Positions 10,440-22,968 of a stretch of 36,589 nucleotides of DNA are shown piece after piece. Each line of letters starts with the position of its first letter. The first letter of the stretch is position 1. Position numbers and translations under genes: made by a program. Source of the DNA: Octopus bimaculoides (lineage: Eukaryota); assembly GCF_001194135.2 (NCBI RefSeq), contig NC_068982.1, forward strand, positions 127,368,423-127,405,011, read 5' to 3'. The notes beneath the pieces are model-generated. The model saw only the letters and a list, made by a program, of their open reading frames with translations. It had not been told where the DNA came from and did not search any database.

Positions 10440-11800
10440 ACAAATTCCAATCATTTAATTAATCCATTCTAGCCTTGGAAGAAAATCTTTTCACTGAAGC
10501 AGAGCATACAATGCAACTTAAATGCAAATCCCTTTGGATGTAAGGTGATGCAAATCTCCCCTGAAGAACTCAAATTCCTTCAAGAACTAAATATACTTGG
10601 ATAAAGCTTATAGAATCTACTGACTCATTTTAAACTTTGCATCATTTTACATCCATGGAATTTTTCATTCTACATTCTGCAATTCACCTTCTCTCAGTGA
10701 AAACGTGGTCATGTTTTTTAATATATATTTTGTCAAATTTTTATTCTGTTTTATATTATTTATCATTATATATTTTTTGTCCAATATGGCATTTTTTTCA
10801 TGAGTTCACATCTGTCAACCAATATCTGTCTATTACATCATACCAGATCATTATATCTTCCCGTTGTATTTTACCAGCCAACCAGTGTTTGCTATCTTAT
10901 TTATAAAATCCTATTTGTACATTTTAAACAATAAGCGTTATGTTCCACTTTTCAAAATCATTGAAAGATTGGCATTTAAAAAATTCAAAGTAACAATTTG
11001 TGAAGATTCAACATCTAGTCAATTAGCGCATTTGTGGAGAACATTTTTTAATTTATGTTCACTCTTCTTTGCAGTCATGTATATCTGTTTATCTATTACC
11101 CCTGAATTCACTTAGCACTAGAGACAGATAGAATAAAAGAGCTGTAGAACATCTTCCATCAAATTCTTTTTCCAAAAATATTCTTATCTTTTCAAAAATA
11201 ATATCATTTGAAATGTCTCATCAAAAGTCTGATGATTTTACAAAAAAGGATGAAGTAGCAAGCACTCTTTTCAACAAAGATAGCATTGGCACTCATACAA
11301 TTTTCATTCAAGATGAGAACATGTCCTCCACAAATCAAACCACTGGAGCCATTTTGAACAAGCAAATCATTTTAACTTGGTGAAAATGGAATGTTTTAAA
11401 GAGATTTGAAAATAGCTTTCAAAACTATTTACACTAGAATCTAAAAGCAAAGTTCTAAATTCGTTCATGTTTCTTTGGACACAACTAAATATGTATACAA
11501 AACATGCAGTAACATATTCCAAAGATTATTGTCCCATAATGGCCATAAATCTTGAAGCTAAAGAAATAACTACTAGCCTTAAAATAGATGACAGAGTTGG
11601 ATATTTAGCTTTATGTAAATCCTATATTACATGAAAAGACTGTAAATTCAGTTTCATTAATAAACTCGCAAATAGGTTAATTAACTCTCTTAAAAGGGAA
11701 TTAAATATAGTCAGCAATAATATCCTTCTTTCAATTATCCTTAAAACTAAAAAAAGCCAATATCATTATCACAGAGTGCTTCAACAATGTCATCATCACA
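10440..11800 (-). mobile_element. Possible heavily decayed hAT (Buster/Charlie-like) transposase relic
   Basis: Stop-riddled minus frames show collinear weak matches (ICLFKMAPVV ~ CTDGAPAM; LLKRVLAT ~ IHREVLAS; STALLFY ~ HTxLLFY). Weak, by-eye evidence only. Confidence 0.3.
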
Positions 11801-12042
11801 AATTTACACAATTCGGTCTAAAAAATTTTCCCTCCATAACTAAATTTCTTTTCCATTAAGTTTTAGCATTCACTGCTAATTTTATTTCAATTAGAGTTTT
11901 ATATAAAGATTATCATGTATGCAAGGAAATATCTTTTCTTTGATTACCCCTTCTTGATAAATAATACAAGATGAATGGCCACAGGTCTTGTATATAAGTA
12001 GTTATTATTCATATAGCATCAGAAATAATAAATAAATAATAA

Positions 12043-12272
12043 ATGCACCCCTTTAAAGCCTAGCCAGGCTCATGGGCCCAGTTTCCTGGTTTCAATGGCA
12101 TATGTGTTCCCTAGCTGGACGGGACGCCAGTCCATCGCAGCTGTGTGGACTGGAGTAACGGGAAATGAAATGTTTTGCTCAAGAACACAATGCGTCGCCT
12201 GGTCCAGGAACCGAAACCACAATCTTACAATCATGGTGCTGACACCATAACCACTAAGCCACATGCCTCCAC
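12043..12272 (-). mobile_element. tRNA-headed SINE family D (tail type 1)
   Basis: Reverse complement begins gtggaggcatgtggcttagtggtt...ggtttcggttcctgg, then tgtgttcttgagcaaaac; shares its head with 19815-20132. Confidence 0.8.
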
Positions 12273-12494
12273 TATCATAAATAATATTATAAATATATTT
12301 ATAGGATTAGATCTAATTCTCTGTTCCAGAATAGGCACAATGCATCCCTGTATATCATAAGAAGCAATTAAAAGGGTTGATGAGAAGAAGAGTATCGAGC
12401 CATAAACTACTGCCTCGAAACCACATCCATCCCATGCCAACACGGGAAAATAGTTTTTATCAACTGATGAATTAGGTCTAAGGATCATGGTAAT

Positions 12495-13040
12495 AATGGT
12501 TTCAGATTTTGGCACAAGGTCAGTAATTTTGGGGGAGGAGGTAAATTGATTATGTCAACCTTAGTACTCCACTGGTACTTATTTTATCAACCCTGAAAGG
12601 ATGAAAAGCAAAGTCCACCTTGAGGGAATTTGAACTCATAACATAAAGGCAGGCAAAATGCATAGCAGTATTTTACCTGGCATGCTAATGATTTTGCCAG
12701 TTTACTGCCTTAAAGAAAGTGATTAGCAGGGTGCTAGAGAGAATCAAGACATGTAACTCTCAAATTCCAGTTAAGGGCTCTGTACTATCAAGCTAAGTGA
12801 CCCATTACAAGGACTATGGTACTATTCTTTTCTATTTTAGGCACAAGGCCCGAAAGTTTTGGGGAGAGGGCCAGTCAATTAGATCGATCCCAGAACACAA
12901 CTGGTATTTAATTTACCAACCCCAAAAGAATGAAAGGCAAAGTCAACCTCTGCAGAATTTGAACTCAGAACATAAAGACAGACAAAATACTGCTAAGTAT
13001 TTCACCTGGCATGCTAACATTTCTGCCAGCTCACCGCCTT
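12495..13040 (-). mobile_element. Two SINE family C copies (about 12495-12710 and 12830-13040)
   Basis: ctggtactt...gaaaggatgaaa...gaatttgaactca, reverse complement of family C. Confidence 0.85.
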
Positions 13041-13394
13041 TGATTATGGCAATATTAACAATAGTATTGTTAATTTCTTGGATATTATTTGAAGCATATA
13101 TACTAATGAATGTTACCCTTTTAGAAAACCCAATGTAAATTTACAGCATACTTACAAAAATTCAAATCATCCACCTTTTATTTTAAGAAACATGCTTTTT
13201 GATATTAGTGAACAAATACCATCCTTATCTTCAAAGGAAGAAGCCTCCTTTAATTGTGGTGTTACACCATAACAATAAAGAATTAGTTTCATAGACTAAA
13301 TCATTTATATAAGAAATAATATCAACATCTATAAAACAAGTCAATAGGTAAAGAAACATTTTATGATTTGAGTCACCTTTTAGTAAATTCAGGT

Positions 13395-13750
13395 TGTTGC
13401 CAGTGTCACCTGACTAGCTCCCTGTGCCAGTGACATGTAAAAAGCACCATCCGAACATGGTCGATGCCACCCTCTCCACTGCTCTGACTGGCTTCGGTGC
13501 CGTGGCAGCATGTAAAAAGCACCAACTGAACATAGCCAATGCCAGTGCTGCCTGACTGGCTCCCATGCCCATGGCACGTAAAAAGCACCCATTACACTCT
13601 CTGACTGGTTGGTGTTAGGAAGGGCATCCAGCCATAAAAAACCTTGCCAAATCAGATTGGAGCCTGGTGCAGCCTCCTGGTTTGCCAGTCTCCGGACAAA
13701 CTGTCCAACACATGCCAGCATGGAAAACAGACGTTAAATAATGATGATGA
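13395..13750 (+). mobile_element. SINE-like repeat family B
   Basis: gtaaaaagcacc units, body and (GAT)n tail. Confidence 0.8.
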
Positions 13751-13852
13751 TTGTTTGCAGTAAACCTTCACGTAGACCACTCTCACCAAAATGGTGTAAT
13801 GCAAAGACACATGTATGCACACACATTTGCAGCCACGTCCACCCACACACAT

Positions 13853-14216
13853 GATGAGCTTCTGTCTACTAATTTCATTCATAAAGCATTGGTTATCTCA
13901 AGACCATGGTAGAAGATATTTGCTCAAGGTACCATGCAATAGAATGGAACCGGAGACCTCATAGTTAGGAAGTGAACTTCATTCTTCACAGCCATACCTA
14001 CATGCATACATACACACATACAGACAGGCAGACATAGGTGTACGTGTGTGCGTATATGTATACGCACACATACATGTACATATATACATATGCTCATACA
14101 CAAACATACACACACACACGCACACATGCACATATAAAGTGATAGAGAGATATAGATATACACATTCATACATACAACCACACATACATACACACACATG
14201 CATACATACAGACATA
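13853..14216 (-). repeat. SINE A head (13853-13985) running into a (CA/TA) microsatellite
   Basis: gaagatatttgctcaaggtacc...; microsatellite up to the gap at 14217-14317. Confidence 0.65.
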
Positions 14217-15210
14217 NNNNNNNNNNNNNNNNNNNNNNNNNNNNNNNNNNNNNNNNNNNNNNNNNNNNNNNNNNNNNNNNNNNNNNNNNNNNNNNNNNNN
14301 NNNNNNNNNNNNNNNNNTATATATATATATATATATCACCATTCACATTAGTTACTATGAAGGTATCCTTTATTGCTGGTAGCCACCCCAATGAATCTTT
14401 CCTCCTTTCACAACATAGTATACACCCATTAGTTTTACATAAAGACCAAAGACCGGTAATAATAGGAACTCGCTTCTAAACAATAAAATTCTGTATGAAA
14501 GATATCAGTTGTTTGGTGTGTTAGTTCTGAATTCAAATCCAACCAAGTCTAAGTTAGCTTTCCCCACCACCACCACTACTCCACCCTTGCCCACCACCAA
14601 CCTCATCGCTTCAGCAAATAATGATTGCGTAGCAAGTAGTGAGATAAGTGATAAATAAAATAACTCATATGTCAGAATGTAATCTAATAGTAATTTATTT
14701 GAACAGAGCTGTACACGAGTGTACGAGTGGTGGTGGTGGTGGTGGTAGGGTAGTAGAAATGGGGTCACATGACAACAACTACTATGACAACAATAAATTG
14801 CCTGTGAATAGCCAATGAAGGCAAAATATAAGGTAGCACTTCAAACACAAAATTGATTTAATTCATTCATCAAATAAAGAGTGGAAACCTATGTTTATTA
14901 TTCACCTGGCTTATTGTTGTCTCTAAGTAATGTTGACTGACCAGAAATTGGTTGCCATGTGTTATAATGACATACAGTTAGAAAGCAATGCATGACAGAA
15001 ATCATATTTCAAAATGCTAATTCTCTTTCATCCATATCCCCTAAGGATTACCAAATGGGTTTATGATTAAAAATTTACAGCGTCATATATATATCTTAAA
15101 CTCAACTTCTGACTACTAACATATCTGCCAATAATACATTTCTCATTACAATCTGGTGCCAGGACCTTTACTATCTTTCTCTCACCACTGTTGTGCATAA
15201 TTTCCATTTT

Positions 15211-15644
15211 TTTTAATGTCATGCTTAAACTGACAGACTTCGGCTTTTATTTAAATCTATGAACTAAAGTTTGATCCTATCCAAGAAACTGATATATTAT
15301 CTCTGTAGTCACATTTAATAAGTATCTTTCTAGACTGTAATATATATATATATATATTTTTTTCTCAAGCCACATGTTCCACAAACTCTAGCTTGTAATG
15401 TATGAGTGTGTTCATGAAAGGATTATTTTAATGTCATGCATATAGTGACAGTCTTTGGCTTTTATTTAAATCTATGAACTAAAGTTTGATCTTATCTAAG
15501 ATACCGATATATTATTTCTGTAGTCACATCTAATTGGTGTCTTTGCACACTGCAATATATTTTAATTATCTTTGTTTCCAGCCACATGTTTCACAGATCT
15601 GTAGCCTGGTAATATATGAACGCATTCATGAAAAAATTATTTCA
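15211..15644. repeat. Local tandem duplication, two units of about 215 bp
   Basis: Units start ttttaatgtcatgc at 15211 and 15426; they share a 35-bp identical core ggcttttatttaaatctatgaactaaagtttgatc. Confidence 0.9.
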
Positions 15645-16170
15645 TGTTAGTGCAATTTCTCATTAGTTTTCTAAATTATAAATGACACGTGTTACATGTA
15701 CTTAATTATAAGTGACATATGTTACCTTCTGCTGCTGAATCCTGTGTCTATCATTTTCAAGCTTCTTAAAAAATTACATAACAATATGGATTAAATGGAG
15801 CAAATTCTGATTTTAACTTGGTGATTAGTAGACCATTACCAGACACAATACCACTTAACTGTTACTCTTTCTTTTGAATAAACCTCTGTAAATTTGTTGT
15901 TGATTAACTCTTCAACAGCCCCGTTTGCTTAGTCTTATTTCAACCATAATAAACCTAAATTTGTTTTGGCTAAGTGTAACTAGGAATATATTATGCACTG
16001 CATCCTTCTGTTTTTAAGATAACAAGATGTGATTTTAGTAAGATCTGACATTTCTAGCAGTTAGAGTGACTTCATTGTGGTTCTGGTTCTCTTATTGGCT
16101 ATTTGCTGTAAAGAAAACAACAGAAGCACTGAGAATTTGCAATATGATGACCTTATGAGGGCATCAAATA

Positions 16171-16328
16171 ATTTGTGGCTGTGTGGTAAGTAGCTTGCTT
16201 ACCAACCACATGGTTCCAGGTTCAGTCCCACTGCGTGGCACCTTGGGCAAGTGTCTTCAACTATAGCCTCGGGCTGATCAAAGCATTGTGAGTGCATTTA
16301 GTAGACAGAAACTAAAAGAAGCCCGTCG

Positions 16329-16400
<72 letters not shown>

Positions 16401-16615
16401 TGTGTCTGTGTTTGTCCCCCCAACATCGCTTGACAACCGATGCTGGTGTGTTTACGTCCCCGTAACTTAGCGGTTCAGCAAAAGAGACCGATAGAATAAG
16501 TACTAGGCTTACAAAGAATAAGTCCTGGGATCGATTTGCTCAACTAAAGGCGGTGCTCCAGCATGGCCGCAGTCAAATGACTGAAGCAAGTAAAAACGTA
16601 AAAGTGTAAAAGAGT
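16171..16615 (+). mobile_element. SINE family A, full length
   Basis: High similarity to 13-410 with an expanded (TA)n(TG)n centre. Confidence 0.9.
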
Positions 16616-16939
16616 ATGATTTACAGCTCATAACTGGTTAACCCTTGAAAGGCCTTGGTAGAGCAGGCCCATGATCAAAAACATTCCAGACATGACCATC
16701 CCATTTTTTTTCTAGTATACTGTAGCTAGACTACATCATGCAATATGCCTTGCTGTCTTGAGATGACAGGGCATGATTTGAAGGAAATTTAGCTGATATT
16801 TCTAGCAAGTATAGTGACTGTATTATGGCTCCTTTTGTTGTTGATACTATACAGTAATAAACAAAGATACTTACAGGTTGCAGTGTCCTGCTCTAGGATT
16901 GCAGCAAATAGCTTATAAAATGCATCACAACATTTAATG

Positions 16940-17465
16940 GTAAGGTGGTAAGCTGGCCGAATTGTTATTATGTCAGACAAAATCCTTAGCTGCATTTCTT
17001 CTGGTTCTTTACATTCTGAGTTCAAATCTCACTGACATCAACTTTGCTTTTCATCCCTTTGGAGGTTGATAAAATAAAGCACCAGTTAAGTACTGGGATT
17101 GATGTAACTGACTTGCCCTCTCCCTTTGAACTCTGCAACAAAATGACATCCCATTCAAGGGAACTGTTGTGATCTTGGTAATTTATACACCATGGGAAAC
17201 TGAGTAACTGGGTTTGAGCCCTTGGGCTAAAAAAATAAAATAAAAAAAAAGCATTTAATAAACTTTAATAATAACTAATATCAGTTTCAAATTTTAGCAC
17301 AATGCCAGCAATTTTTGAGGAGGGGGTAAGTCAATTACATCAACCCTAGAGGGATGAAGGGCAAAGCTGATCGCGGTAGAATTTGAACTCAGAACATCAA
17401 GACAGAAAAAATGCTACTAAGCATTTTGCCCAGCATGTTAACAATTCTGCCTGCTCACTGCCAAA
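16940..17465. mobile_element. Two SINE family C copies (+ about 16940-17130; - about 17280-17465)
   Basis: ctgagttcaaatc...ctttcatccc...taaaataaagcaccag on +, and a reverse-complement copy. Confidence 0.7.
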
Positions 17466-17621
17466 TAGTAAGTAGTACCAAAACGTGATGCCACAGAAAG
17501 TTGAATGAAGGGCTGCCGTAAGCCCTTCATTATATACAGCAACCTAAACATACAGAATGGTAGAAGAACCAAATTTGTATAATTGGTTAACAGTACTCTT
17601 GTAAATACTTCATGGAAGATC

Positions 17622-17850
17622 ATCATCATCGTTTAATGTCAGTTTTCCATGCTGGCATGGGTTGGACGGTTTGATTGAGGTCTAGCAAGCCAGTGGGCTG
17701 CACCAGGCTCCAATCTGATCTGACAATGTTTCTACAGCTGGATGTCCTTCCTAACGCCAACCACTCCAAGAATGTAGGATAAAATACCCAACTGGATGTT
17801 CTTCCAAACGCCAACCACTCCGAGAGCATAGGATAAAATACCCAGTTTGA
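17622..17850 (-). mobile_element. SINE-like repeat family B with an internal 54-bp duplication
   Basis: catcatcgtttaatgtc...; ctggatg...ggataaaataccca occurs twice (17738 and 17792). Confidence 0.8.
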
Positions 17851-18952
17851 GGACTGTGTCATAAGATGAACCAAAAAAACTTTTATTCATTTATTTGCCA
17901 AATCTCCCTCAAATCACATCATATTGTCTTTAAAAAATGAACGAGACATCAGGTTATTGTAGTTCTAGAGACATCATGTCCAAAAGAAAAGAATATTAAC
18001 AGAATTATTGCTGGAATGCCTGCAATCACAGGTCTTTTGGATGAACAGTGATCTAGGGTTAAACAGTAAAAATACTAGCAGTGACAATCTGCAATCTCAA
18101 GCTTGAATTAGTTTTTCTATGTTAAAGAACATTGCCAGAAACATTAGTTATTTCTTAACCAGTGAATTTCAGTGTTTGATTTTTGAGTAAATTGAGATTT
18201 GTTGATGCAGACTTCTACTTGTATCCTTTTGTCAGTGTTGTCTATTCAACCACCATGTTTGAAAACAATATATTTATTTAATCAATTGAAATGTCTGTAT
18301 GAAGGCAGAAACCAATGACAGACTAAAAAAACAAAAAATGATATTTAAATACCCCTTATATACAAGAAGAAAAAAAGAAACAAATAGAATACAAAAAAAA
18401 AATTAAATATAAGGGAAACGACAAAAATTTGCTAAATGTTTCTATTGTTAAAATCTTTTTGTATGAATTGGAAGATCTTACATATGGTTGATGGATCTTT
18501 GAAAATGAAATGTATTTCTATGTTTGGCAAACTTTTAAAGACCTATTTTGAAATTTCTCTCTCTCTCTGTCTTCTTTCCCACCCTCTCTCTCCACCCCCA
18601 CCCAAATTAATAGGTTCTCCATCAGAAGAAATATTGTTATAAAGTTTCTGGATCGTCTCCACATGATCATTATAATGATTTCGTATGACTTGTTTGGAAT
18701 CTAAAACAATATGATCCACTTGCCGTTGTCATCATTTAATGACCACTTTTCTATGCTTGCAAGGGTCAAGCAGAATTTGTTGAGGAAGATATTCTATGGT
18801 TGGATGCCCTTCCTGTCACCAACCCTCACTTGTTTCCAAGGAAGGTAATATTTCCGCATAGCCAGACATGTTTTTCATGGAAGATTGGAAACAAACATCA
18901 CTTGTATGACAGTGATACTCATTTACAACCATCACATGATGTCAAGACAAGG

Positions 18953-18954
<2 letters not shown>

Positions 18955-18988
<34 letters not shown>

Positions 18989-19439
18989 CCACACACAAAC
19001 ACACATATGCATACACACATGCACATGCACGCACACACTAACACACATATGCACACACATACACACACACAGTAACACGCACACATTAACACACACACAT
19101 GCACATGTGCATACACAGACACATACACATTCACACTAACATGCACTCATGCACATGTACACACACACATACACACACACACACACTCACTAACATGCAC
19201 ACATGTGCATGCACACACACAGACACACACACACATACTAACGTGCACACATGCACATGCACACATATGCACATGCACACATACTAACACAGATGCACAC
19301 ACATGCACACAGTGCGAGCACACACACACACACACACACACGCACATACACGCACACACACACACACACACGCACANNNNNNNNNNCACACACACACACA
19401 CGCACATACACGCACACACACACACACACACGCACACAC

Positions 19440-19470
<31 letters not shown>

Positions 19471-19475
19471 TGCAT
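18955..19475. repeat. Long imperfect (CA)n/(CACATG)n microsatellite
   Basis: Directly visible; source of the THTH/CVCV ORFs. Confidence 0.95.
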
Positions 19476-19814
19476 ACAACAAGCTTCTTTTCTCCATCTC
19501 CCAAATCTACTCTCAAGGCTTTGGTTGGTCCAGGGCTGTAGTAAAACACACTTACCCAAGGTGTCATGCTGTAGGACTGAACCCAAGATCACATGATTGG
19601 CAAGCAAGCCACACCTGTATCTATTTGTGTAACACAATATTCAATATATTCATCAACAGCAGCATTTTAACGTCCACTTTCTCATGTTTACATGGGTCAG
19701 ACAGAATTTATTTAGGCAGGTTCTCTACAGCTGGATGCCCTTCCTGTCACTAACTCCTATCTGTTTTGAAGCAAGGTAAGATTTCGCTCTGAATATTGGA
19801 AATGAATAATATTG

Positions 19815-20132
19815 CTTGTGGGATTGCACCTAGAAAGTTACCCTCCCAGGCACAAGTACGGGCAAGGTTGTTTATGGAAGACCAACAGTCGCCCATGCAT
19901 ACCAGCCTGACCTCTCCATACCACCGATGTTATCCAAGGGAAAGGCAAAGACCATTACAGCTTGGCACCAGTGACATCACAACTCATTTCTACAGATGAG
20001 TAAACTGAAGCAACGTGAAATAAAGTGTCTTGCTCAGGAACACAACATGCAGCCTGGTCCGGAAATCGAACTCACAACCTCACAACCGTAAGCTTGATGC
20101 TCTAACCACTGAGCCATGCACCTTCACTTGCA
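19815..20132 (-). mobile_element. tRNA-headed SINE family D (tail type 2)
   Basis: Reverse-complement head gcatggctcagtggttagagc...gagttcgatttcc, then tgttcctgagcaagacact...actcatctgtagaaatg (resembles a CORE-SINE motif; inference). Confidence 0.8.
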
Positions 20133-20249
20133 TTGCTTGTATAACAGTGACCATCGCTTTACAATTATCACATGATGTCAAGACAAGGAGACACAAACAT
20201 ATGCACACACTCACATATAGACACAGTTATACATATACAGAATGTGTCT

Positions 20250-20630
20250 TTCTCAGTTTCTTATTTCTTTATTGCCCACAAGGAGCTAAACATAGAGGGG
20301 AAAAACAATATCAGACAAAGGGATTAAGTCGATTACATCGACCCCGGTACGTAACTGGTACTTAATTTATCGACTCCGAAAGGATGAAAGGCAAAGTTGA
20401 CCTTGGTGGAATTTGAACTCAAAATGTAATGGCAGACGAAATGTCGCTATGCATTTCACCTGGTGTGCTAACGTTTCTGCTAGCTTGCCGCCTTTTTTCA
20501 GATTCTACCAACCAAATCCACTCACATGTATTTGGTCAAGCCAGGGCTACAGCAAAAGATACTTGCCCAAGATGCCATGCAGTGGTACAGAACCCAGAAC
20601 CATATGGTTGAGAAGCAAGTGCCACACCTG
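20250..20630 (-). mobile_element. SINE family C (about 20250-20492) plus SINE A head (about 20495-20630)
   Basis: Reverse-complement matches to both consensus sequences. Confidence 0.75.
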
Positions 20631-21890
20631 CACCTATTTCAGCAACATGATATTCAATATATTCACTAAAAGAGCAAACAATATATTCACTAAAAGATTC
20701 ATACAAAATATTGGTTCTAGAAAATACCACTAATCATCTTAAAGGGACATTAACAACATGAATTTGATGTGTACTTAATAAACTGCTGTCTTCAAATGTA
20801 TCAAAATTCCATTTCCTGCTCTATCTATTTATAACATTTTCTAAATCCAGCAGACAGCCACAGATTTATGGGGAGCACAACAAAGTCAAAGGAGTTTGTT
20901 CAGTATATTACTGGTACTTATGTTGATTTCTAAATGTTGAAAACATAAAGTCAAATTGACAGGGTTTAAAAACCAGAATCTAAAAAGATATTGCTAAATA
21001 TTGCAAGATATTTCATTTCAGCTGTCCCAATTTTTTTTATTTCTGCCAACAATTTTTCTCCAGTTTTCCTTTTGTTTATTGCTAATTTCCAAAGTGAATT
21101 TTTCTTTCTTCCGCTTTTTGTTTTCATTTTTATATTTTATTTTATTTTATTTTCTCCTCATAGCAAGTATTTGGCTGTGTTACAATTATTAGTGAAGAAT
21201 TCATAATGCTGTAATGGATGCTTTATGATTGTCTCACATTATTATGCTTCAAAAGATGCTACTTCTTAAAAAAAAAAAAAGAAGTGGTTAATGAGAAGCC
21301 AGATTCAGCTTTGCATGAACAAATTTAATGGATGAATATAACCAGTCAAATATTATAGAACATCTGACAGTCTGCACACCAGATATTCTATAGTTTATTT
21401 CTGCCTTGAACAAACACGTTGTACAGACTGTCATGTAGTATTTGGAAATGTGGCAGTCCAGGTATCTGCTGTCATGTGATCCACTTTAAACACTGCCACT
21501 GTAGTCGTCAAAATTCTTTCACTAACTATCTTTAAGAAATGGCTGATGTCTTTCAATGATAAATATTGCATAAACTATTGTTTCTCTTTTATATTTTACT
21601 TGTTTTAGTCATTGGACTGTGGCCATGTTGGAGTACCACTTTCAAGGGTTTAGCTGAACATAATGACTCCAGGACTTATTATTTTCTTTGAAGACTTCTA
21701 CTTATTCTACCAGTCTCTTTTACCAGATTAAGTTACAGGAACATAAACAAACCAACACCAGTTGTCAAGCAGTGATGGGGAATAAACAAAAACACATGCT
21801 TATTCATATGTATATTTGTGTGTGTGCGTGTGTATGTGTGTGTGTATGTATGTATGTATATATGTATGTATGTATGTATGTATGCATATA

Positions 21891-22620
21891 CAGGGTGCGA
21901 TGGGTAAATTGTTGCCATTTTACATTTTTAATTTCACACATGCACATTGTATGCTTTGACTTTCTCAGCTACACAGTATAGTAGGGTCAGTTGGGCATTG
22001 TCTGTGTGAAAAACAGCACCATGATGCAATTCACTCTGCCACAAATTTGGAAATGACATGCTGTACTGATTGGCTTTTTCACCGGAAGCTCCGATACGGA
22101 CATTTCAGAGTTTTTGGGTGTCAATCGGATGACAGTGTAATCTGAGGACATGTACCGAGAGTGATAAAAATCAAACATTCAGTTAACATCATGGTGTTTG
22201 GAGTGATCACTAGTGATGGCGACACTATGTCTCCATTCGTCTACCCACACAGACTCAATACGGAGGCGTACCTCAAGTGCCTGGAGGAGGTAGTGCAACC
22301 CTGGGTCAAGAGGGTGGCTGCTGGAAGACCCTATGTCTGGCAACAGGACTCTGCATCATGCAACACAAGTAAGAGAACCCAGTCATAGCTGTCTGACAAT
22401 TTCTGTGACCACATCACCCCTAACATATGGCCAACTGACTCCCCAGACTGCAACCCATTTGATTATTATGTGGTGGGTGCAGTTGAGCGATAGACCAAAA
22501 AAACTCCTTGCAACACCAAAGGTGAACTGAAGGCAAGGATTATGGCAGCATTCACCAACTTAAACAATGAGACTGTCCAGAAGAATTGCAGGAAATTCCG
22601 AAGTCATCTGGCAATTTTAT
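21891..22620 (+). mobile_element. Internally deleted maT (DD37D) Tc1/mariner transposon
   Basis: Starts TA|CAGGGTG. Transposase remnant IMVFGVITSDG...WQQDSAS...WPTDSPDCNPFDYY with exactly 37 residues between the 2nd and 3rd catalytic Asp; in-frame stops. A related CAGGCTG end lies at 22844-22869 (17/26 identical to the left end). Confidence 0.85.
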
Positions 22621-22670
22621 TGAATACATTTACTTTTTACAGTTTTATATTTAAGAGATGAGGAATTATG

Positions 22671-22747
22671 TACATTATTTACAATTGATGGATATTTGTA
22701 GCAACAAACAAGATGAGGACAAATATCCGTCAACTGTAAATAATGTA
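22671..22747. repeat. Inverted repeat, 29-bp arms, 19-nt loop
   Basis: tacattatttacaattgatggatatttgt (22671-22699) pairs with acaaatatccgtcaactgtaaataatgta (22719-22747); 2 differences. Confidence 0.9.
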
Positions 22748-22968
22748 AATTTACTCTTTAGTATTTCAAGATATTCTCATGTAATTTTGATAAATATATG
22801 TTAAAATGAGATGTCAGTGTTATTTTCGATTTTGCATAATTTAGACGACCGGTTATTCACCGCAGCCTGTATGTATGTATGTATGTATGTATGTATGTAT
22901 GTATGTATNNNNNNNNNNTATATATATATATATATCTATACACACACATATATACATATATGCATATA

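Noticed and set aside
12377-12421. TTGATGAG...CTCGAAAC, hammerhead-ribozyme-like core
   Set aside because: The first core C is missing, stem II is only about 2 bp, and no flanking stems I/III could be formed.
12231-12515. - strand ORF containing VLAWDGCGFEAVVYGSILFF
   Set aside because: Both ends overlap SINE remnants (the family B tail gives the LAWDG part); no convincing splice pair.
16789-17025. ORF MNSECKEPEEMQLRILSDIITIRPAYHL...
   Set aside because: The N-terminal part is the reverse strand of a family C SINE; only the last ~40 nt before the GTAAGT donor remain as a weak candidate.
18800-19753. Many THTH/CVCV ORFs that could be mistaken for metal-binding proteins
   Set aside because: Pure (CA)n-type microsatellite translation.
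20040-20132. tRNA-like sequences (also 13-80, 8219-8310, 12180-12272)
   Set aside because: Only A/B-box heads of SINEs; no full cloverleaf, and each continues into a SINE body.
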